Shown: in pieces, positions 58,787-64,000 of the stretch
Layout of the letters: each line of letters opens with the position of its first letter
Position numbering within the stretch: the first letter of the stretch is position 1
Program-made: the position numbers and the translations under genes
The notes under the pieces: generated by a model
Told to the model about the DNA's origin: nothing
The model's input: the letters and a program-made list of their open reading frames with translations, nothing else
Database searches by the model: none
Assembly: GCA_965223005.1 (NCBI GenBank)
Contig: CBDCVK010000005.1
Location: 64,001-128,000 of the forward strand
Length of the DNA: 64,000 nt
Reading direction: 5' to 3'
From: Terriglobia bacterium
GTDB lineage: Bacteria > Acidobacteriota > Terriglobia > JAJPHL01 > JAPKYU01

Positions 58787-58987
58787 ATGAAGAAAGATGC
58801 TCTCCTGGCGTTTCGAATTCCGGCTGGTCTGAAGAAAGGTTTGCAGGACGTGGCGAAGCGCGAAGCGCGAAGCATCTCGCAAGTATGCGAGATGTTACTG
58901 ACTCTTGGGGTAGAGGCCTACGAAAACGAGGGTCCCAAATACGTCCAGCGCTTCCTCACCCAACGGCGACCGAGGTCGACGGACTAG
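58787..58987 (+). CDS. Ribbon-helix-helix transcriptional regulator
   Basis: LAFRIPAGLKKGLQDVAKREARSISQVCEMLL (beta-alpha-alpha pattern). Start ATG 58787. Confidence 0.8.
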   Translation: MKKDALLAFRIPAGLKKGLQDVAKREARSISQVCEMLLTLGVEAYENEGPKYVQRFLTQRRPRSTD

Positions 58988-59170
58988 TAGAGAAATAGCA
59001 GATCAGGGAACCTGCCGGCTCGCAGAGTCTAGCCAGACCGGCGAAATCGACCGCGCCCACCATTCGTTGTTGCCTTGACTCTCACCATCACAGGATGTAG
59101 TATAGCGAAACAAAGGCGAAGTAGAGAGAGAGAGGCGATTGTCCTCCCGTGCAACCGGAATGCATAGCGG

Positions 59171-59247
59171 AAAACTACAAAACGAACTCTTCGCCGTTCG
59201 CAGGTAACTGTCTGATTGTAATAGGAATACTTGGCTTTGGAAAGGTT
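59171..59247 (+). repeat. ~77-bp imperfect direct repeat, copy A
   Basis: Identical 19-mer AAAACTACAAAACGAACTC, then GTAACTgTcTGATT, TAATA and AAGGTT shared with 60267-60344. Confidence 0.9.
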
Positions 59248-59256
59248 GAATGAGCA

Positions 59257-60210
59257 ATGTCAAACACAGGCCCCAAGGACGCAGAAACCCCACATACAGA
59301 AGCTACCGCTGGGGGAACGGGACGGAAGAAAGCTGGCACGCTGGCTCTCACAGTCCATGGAGCGACCGGCCCAAGGACTAAGCGGGGGAAACGGAAGTCG
59401 CGCTCTAACGCAGTCAGGCACGGTATCTTCGCCGTAGGGTTTCTCCGTGGGCGGGAGTCACGTGCTGAATACAACGCCCTCGTCAATGACTTGGCCGATT
59501 CGTTGCAGCCTGTCGGAAAGATCGAGGAGATCCTGGTCGAAAAACTGGCAATGACACTGTGGCGCCATCGGCGTGTGTTGCAGGCCGAGGCGGCAGAGAT
59601 CGCCAGAGAAACCTACACCATCGAGGATGAGGAATTGAACGGTGGAGCGATCAGCAGGAAAACGCCGGTCGGGAACCTCGGCTTGATTAAGGGGGCCATG
59701 GCCACCCATGACGAAGTCAGTCTTGCGGCAGCCGCTCTTCTCCTTGAAAAGCTCCGGGACCAAATTCGGGAGAAGGGACTTGACTGGGAGCGCGACCGAA
59801 ACACGCTGAAATCTGTGTACGGCACGCAATCAGCACGTGAGGGGCTCGATGAGGATCCCCTCGGCGAATTGGCGGATAAGTACCGCGAGATTGCTCTATC
59901 GGGAAAAGCGCAGGGTGCAGCGGCCGAATGCAAGGGGGAATTTACTGAGTTGATTGTCGGCTTGGTCGAGGAGGAGATCCAGCGGCTGGAGCAACTCTTC
60001 GATGAATGGAACAGCCGCGCTATGGAGCGCCTCAAATTGCAAAAAACTACCGTCTTGGTCCCACAGCAGCAAGTGGCGGATCGCCTGCTGCGCTACGAAG
60101 GAGCTCTGGATCGGGCTTTCGACCGCACGCTCGCCCAACTGGAGCGGCTGCAGCGCCTGCGGTCGGGACAACCAACTCCACCGCCACTCAACATCAATGT
60201 ATCTCGATAG
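59257..60210 (+). CDS. Uncharacterised protein of the (S)TGPRT-x-GK-x-NA-x-(K/R)HG ... LLRYE type
   Basis: 317-aa ORF with HGATGPRTKRGKRKSRSNAVRHG, PVGKIEEILVEKLA..LWR.RR and LLRYEGALDRAFDRTLAQLERLQ. Confidence 0.85.
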   Translation: MSNTGPKDAETPHTEATAGGTGRKKAGTLALTVHGATGPRTKRGKRKSRSNAVRHGIFAVGFLRGRESRAEYNALVNDLADSLQPVGKIEEILVEKLAMTLWRHRRVLQAEAAEIARETYTIEDEELNGGAISRKTPVGNLGLIKGAMATHDEVSLAAAALLLEKLRDQIREKGLDWERDRNTLKSVYGTQSAREGLDEDPLGELADKYREIALSGKAQGAAAECKGEFTELIVGLVEEEIQRLEQLFDEWNSRAMERLKLQKTTVLVPQQQVADRLLRYEGALDRAFDRTLAQLERLQRLRSGQPTPPPLNINVSR

Positions 60211-60266
60211 GGTAGAGGATTCCCCTGTATGGTTCCACTAGCGCTTTCGGAGACATGGCTAAGGGC

Positions 60267-60344
60267 AAAACTACAAAACGAACTCCTCCGCAGATAGCAC
60301 GTAACTATTTGATTTTAATATGACTAGTAGCCTCGGACAAGGTT
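60267..60344 (+). repeat. ~78-bp imperfect direct repeat, copy B
   Basis: Same 19-mer as copy A; TAACTATTTGATT is an exact match to the IHF consensus YAANNNNTTGATW. Confidence 0.9.
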
Positions 60345-60391
60345 CGGTCGGGGCGGCACATTCCGCTCTTACGTGGGCCATTGTTCAACAC

Positions 60392-60429
60392 GAAGCTGCT
60401 TTCTTCCTCATGAAGCTGCTTTCTTCCTC
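60392..60429 (+). repeat. Perfect 18-bp tandem duplication separated by AT
   Basis: GAAGCTGCTTTCTTCCTC-AT-GAAGCTGCTTTCTTCCTC. Confidence 0.9.
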
Positions 60430-60596
60430 GGCCTCAGCCCGGTGAGGATTGAGAACATTCCTCCACCTTAGCCTCAGACTTGCCGCCCCCGGCTTCGAGG
60501 TACACGGCGTAATGTGGGAGCAGGCGCGAGCACTTGAGCGGGTGGGCGCCACCAGGGCGCATTTCTCGGCTAGTGGTGCTGTCGGCTAAACCACGC

Positions 60597-60638
60597 ACAA
60601 AAAAACACTTGACACAAGAAATTATACTATCCTATTAT
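60597..60638 (+). promoter_or_regulatory. Sigma70-type promoter of the TonB-dependent receptor
   Basis: A-tract, then TTGACA (60609-60614)-N18-TATTAT (60633-60638); RBS GAGGAG before ATG 60690. Confidence 0.6.
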
Positions 60639-60689
60639 TCCTCCAGTTTTGGGCGGAAAGTCTAGCTTACGAACAGAGGAGTTTTGGTC

Positions 60690-63600
60690 ATGAGGAAGAG
60701 CCTGTCTTTTGGCTTGGTTTTTGTGTTGGCATTCGCGCTGAACTTGCAGGCACAGGGTGAGCGCGGAACGATTCGGGGAACAGTGCTGGATCCCACGGGA
60801 GCGGCTGTCCCCGGAGCCACAGTCACAGTCACCAACATTACCACGGGCGTCGCCTTATCAACGACGACCAGCGGCTCCGGCCTTTACAACGTTTCGAACC
60901 TGCGGCCGGAAACCTACATCGTGGCGGTGGAGCTGTCCGGCTTCAAGCGCGCGGTGCAAGACGGCGTCGAAGTCAATGTGGCTGCTGTGGTGGGCTTAGA
61001 CTTCACGCTGGAACTGGGCGCGGTGGCCGAAAGCGTGGAAGTGACGGCGGCGGCGCCACAACTGAGAACCGAAACCACCGAGATCGGGACCGTCATTCCT
61101 CAAGTCGTGTTGACAGATCTCCCTCTGGCGGTTGGAGGCGGCGGCCGGTCTCCGCTTCAATTCATTTTCCTGACGCCGGGCGCCTCTTCGGGCGGCACCT
61201 CTGCCCCTGACGGGAGTAGCAGTTCGCAGATTGGTAGTACCTTCTTCCAAAGAATGAATGGTGGCCAGGTCTTTTCGATGGAAATGAACTTGGACGGCCT
61301 GAGTATGCAAGCGGGGGTGTGGGTCAATACCGGCCGGGAATTGAGCTTCGCGCCGGAAGCGATTCAGGAAGCTTCCATGGCGGAAGGCACCAGCACGGCG
61401 GAGACCAGCTCCGGTGGTGGTATGGCACGTTTCACCACAAGGTCCGGAACCAATGAGTTTCACGGCAACCTGTATGAATTCTGGCGCAACGACTACTTCG
61501 ACGCGAGCGGTTTCTTCAATGCAACGCCCCCGAAGCGGCGCTGGAACGAGTATGGATTTAGTATAGGCGGCCCTATCCTTAAAGATAGGCTCTTCTTCTT
61601 TGTGAATCAGAACTGGTTCCGACGCAAGGATGCCGGAGGGAGCGATTTTCTTTCGGTGCCAACTGCCGCCGTCAAGGGTGGCGATCTTTCTGTGCTGCTG
61701 GGGGCTGAAATCGCGCCTGGCGTCCGGGAGAACCAGATCTACGATCCGTTAACCACCCGCACGGTGGGAACCGACATCGTACGCGACCCGTTTCCCGGCA
61801 ACATCATCCCATCGGACCGGATCAGTCCCATATCGCGGAGCATCAATGGCTTTCTCGCCAGTCCAACGAGTGCGGGCGAGTTCAACAATTTCCTGTCTGT
61901 GTCCGAGCCGAGGCAGCAATTCTATAAAAACACCTTTAGAATCGATTATCGGGTTACCCAAAGTCACAGCGTCTTCTTCATGAGCAATCTGTCTCCCCGG
62001 GATGCTATGGACATAAGTGCCATCCCCTTCCCGCACGGCCAGAACCGAACGGGGGGTTCCCACAATAGGAACATTCGGACCGCCTGGGACTATGTGCTCT
62101 CGCCGACGGTGACCAATCATTTGGCGGGCGGTTTCAATCAGAACCCTGAGACGTACTTCATCGTGGGCCATGGAGACGGGTGGTCTGAGACTCTGGGCTT
62201 CGGCAGGCGCGGCGAGCAGGGGCAGGCGCCCTTCACCGGCCTCCATGACGGCGCGTTTCCCGACATCACCTTTGGGGCTGGAAGCTATAGCCGAATTAGC
62301 GGCTCCGGGGGCTCGATCGATACGAACACGCAGTTTTTTCAAAACATCTGGGTTTTTTCGGACACTCTGACGGTGCTTCGCGGCAAGCACAACATCAAGA
62401 TCGGTATGGACTTCCGCTCCATCCACGTGGACCAGTTTTCGGCTCCCAGCAACGGACGTTTTACTTTTGAGCGGACCCAGAGTGGACAACCTGGGCTGGC
62501 CGCAACGGGCCATTCTTGGGGGAGCTTCTTGTTGGGTGATGTCAACACGGCTGGGCTGCTGGACCCGGCATTTAATCCCGGCGGACTATCGAAGTCTCGG
62601 GTCAATATGTTGGGATTATATTTCCAGGATGACATCAAGATCACCCCGACCTTCACTCTGAACCTGGGTCTGCGGTGGGATGCCTTCACCCCCATGCGCG
62701 ATGTGAATGATAACTGGTCGGTGCTGGATCTCAACCTGCCCAATCCTGGCGCCGGGGGACGACCTGGTGCGCTGGCGTTTGCCGGTCAAGGCCCGGGACG
62801 CATTGGAAAGAGCCGTGTGCCGGGCGCGGATAAGGTGGATATGACCAACTTTGCTCCGCGCATCGGGATCGCCTGGAGGTTTGCGCCGAGCACGGTACTT
62901 CGGGCCGGATACGGGGTCCACTACTTTGGGACGATGATCCACATGGCCGGCAACCTGCGGCGCTCGGGGTTAGGCTTTGAGGCCCTTCCCAGTTTCATAT
63001 CGCCCGATGCCGGCCTCTCGCCTGCTTACAACTGGAGCGATCCCGCGAATCTGGGATTTCCAAACTATGCCCGGCCTCCGCTTATTGATCCGGCCTTCGC
63101 CAATGGCAGCCGCGCCTGGGAGTTTCACGATACCGACAAAATACCTTATAGGCAGGAATGGAGCTTCAATGTTCAGCATCAGTTGCCCGGCAACTGGCTC
63201 GTCGACGTCGCCTATGTGGGCAACAAGGGAACGCGGCTGACGAGCGGTGTGTTTAATCAAAACCAGCTCAATCCGAGCTTCCTCGGGCTGGGGAGCGACC
63301 TCGGCCTGAGCTTTCAAAACGACGCTGCGGCTATCGGGGCTCTCGGCTTTTCGCCTCCGTACGCAGGATTCGAGGGCACCCTGGGCCAGTCCTTGCGGCC
63401 TTTCCCGCAGTACTCCCTGGTCGGGACCGTTGGGGACATCGGCGGGGACTCGATTGACGCGGTTGGCATCGGAAACTCAACTTTCCACTCATTCCAAGCA
63501 AAGGTCGAGAGACGCCTCACGGGGGGCCTATACCTGCTGAGTTCGTTCCGCTGGTCCAAGATGATAACCGACTCGGATTCCAATTGGGGCGCCTTCTGGT

Positions 63601-64000
63601 CGCCACGGTCTCGCGACTTCTATAACCGGCAACTGGAAAAGGCGCTTGCGCCTTCCGACATCGCGGCGCGATGGGTCACGGCGTTCATGTATGAATTGCC
63701 GTTCGGTCCTGGAAAGCTGCTAGGCGGCGGGACGACCGGCGCTACGGCCAAGGTGCTAGGCGGCTGGCAGCTCACCGGGGCCCTGACCTACCAGACGGGA
63801 AATCCGATCCAGGTGATTGCCCCCAATCTCGTGGGCCTGTTTACTCGCCGCCAACTTCCCAACGTGGTTTCGGGAATAGATCAGCACGGGATCTCCAGCG
63901 GTTTCGACCCCGGCATCGGTCTCGCGGAGGCATCACGCGACAAATTCCTCAACGCATCTGCTTTTGAGAACCCCGAACCCTTTACCTTCGGAAACGGGCC
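60690..64000 (+). CDS. TonB-dependent receptor (Oar-like) with N-terminal carboxypeptidase-regulatory-like domain; runs off the window end
   Basis: Absent from the ORF track, consistent with no stop in the window. Hand translation gives MRKSLSFGLVFVLAFALNLQAQGERGTIRGTVLDPTGAAVPGATVTVTN, and later SGTNEFHG, YFQDDIK..TLNLGLRWD and NFAPRIGIAW. Confidence 0.92.
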   Translation, partial: MRKSLSFGLVFVLAFALNLQAQGERGTIRGTVLDPTGAAVPGATVTVTNITTGVALSTTTSGSGLYNVSNLRPETYIVAVELSGFKRAVQDGVEVNVAAVVGLDFTLELGAVAESVEVTAAAPQLRTETTEIGTVIPQVVLTDLPLAVGGGGRSPLQFIFLTPGASSGGTSAPDGSSSSQIGSTFFQRMNGGQVFSMEMNLDGLSMQAGVWVNTGRELSFAPEAIQEASMAEGTSTAETSSGGGMARFTTRSGTNEFHGNLYEFWRNDYFDASGFFNATPPKRRWNEYGFSIGGPILKDRLFFFVNQNWFRRKDAGGSDFLSVPTAAVKGGDLSVLLGAEIAPGVRENQIYDPLTTRTVGTDIVRDPFPGNIIPSDRISPISRSINGFLASPTSAGEFNNFLSVSEPRQQFYKNTFRIDYRVTQSHSVFFMSNLSPRDAMDISAIPFPHGQNRTGGSHNRNIRTAWDYVLSPTVTNHLAGGFNQNPETYFIVGHGDGWSETLGFGRRGEQGQAPFTGLHDGAFPDITFGAGSYSRISGSGGSIDTNTQFFQNIWVFSDTLTVLRGKHNIKIGMDFRSIHVDQFSAPSNGRFTFERTQSGQPGLAATGHSWGSFLLGDVNTAGLLDPAFNPGGLSKSRVNMLGLYFQDDIKITPTFTLNLGLRWDAFTPMRDVNDNWSVLDLNLPNPGAGGRPGALAFAGQGPGRIGKSRVPGADKVDMTNFAPRIGIAWRFAPSTVLRAGYGVHYFGTMIHMAGNLRRSGLGFEALPSFISPDAGLSPAYNWSDPANLGFPNYARPPLIDPAFANGSRAWEFHDTDKIPYRQEWSFNVQHQLPGNWLVDVAYVGNKGTRLTSGVFNQNQLNPSFLGLGSDLGLSFQNDAAAIGALGFSPPYAGFEGTLGQSLRPFPQYSLVGTVGDIGGDSIDAVGIGNSTFHSFQAKVERRLTGGLYLLSSFRWSKMITDSDSNWGAFWSPRSRDFYNRQLEKALAPSDIAARWVTAFMYELPFGPGKLLGGGTTGATAKVLGGWQLTGALTYQTGNPIQVIAPNLVGLFTRRQLPNVVSGIDQHGISSGFDPGIGLAEASRDKFLNASAFENPEPFTFGNG

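Larger units (their letters stand above)
55675..60344. mobile_element. Putative integrative-element or prophage remnant carrying a recombination module; boundaries approximate
   Basis: Translationally coupled SSAP/SSB-like/Cas4-like/HNH operon with a divergent RHH gene, a truncated host gene at the left edge and direct repeats at the right. No integrase or virion genes are visible. Confidence 0.6.

Overview
A GC-rich bacterial chromosome segment whose gene repertoire fits Acidobacteriota (inferred from the Oar-type TonB receptor, CRTAC1/ASPIC-UnbV proteins, DUF1501/DUF1549/DUF1553 pairs and a TIGR03437-like remnant). Layout: (i) 1-10.6 kb is an accessory block ending at the 3' end of tRNA-Leu(GAG), where integrase-arm-like motifs remain. 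(ii) 10.7-34.7 kb is mostly core genes (tRNA-Leu, secG, tpiA, ino1, TolC, pyrE, truA, M20 hydrolase, degP, exonuclease, PilZ proteins, rmuC). (iii) 34.8-55.5 kb is an accessory block with a second cytochrome c/DUF1501 pair, a TPR-CRTAC1 fusion, iolG, a TRAP transporter and a CE15-like esterase. (iv) 55.7-60.3 kb is an integrase-less, capsid-less element: a phage-like recombination operon (Sak/Rad52-like, SSB-like, Cas4/RecB-like, HNH, RHH) plus an uncharacterised 'TGPRT..NAxRHG..RYE' gene bracketed by ~77-bp direct repeats carrying IHF-like sites. (v) A TonB-dependent receptor runs off the right edge. The best candidate for an undescribed system is the repeat-bracketed gene at 59.2-60.3 kb. 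Several short duplicated segments also record local rearrangements: the degP upstream region, a 49-bp promoter/hairpin, and a 61-bp piece of coding sequence. All family assignments come from motif recognition by eye, with no database search. Start codons were adjusted by eye where an RBS or protein N-terminus supported it.
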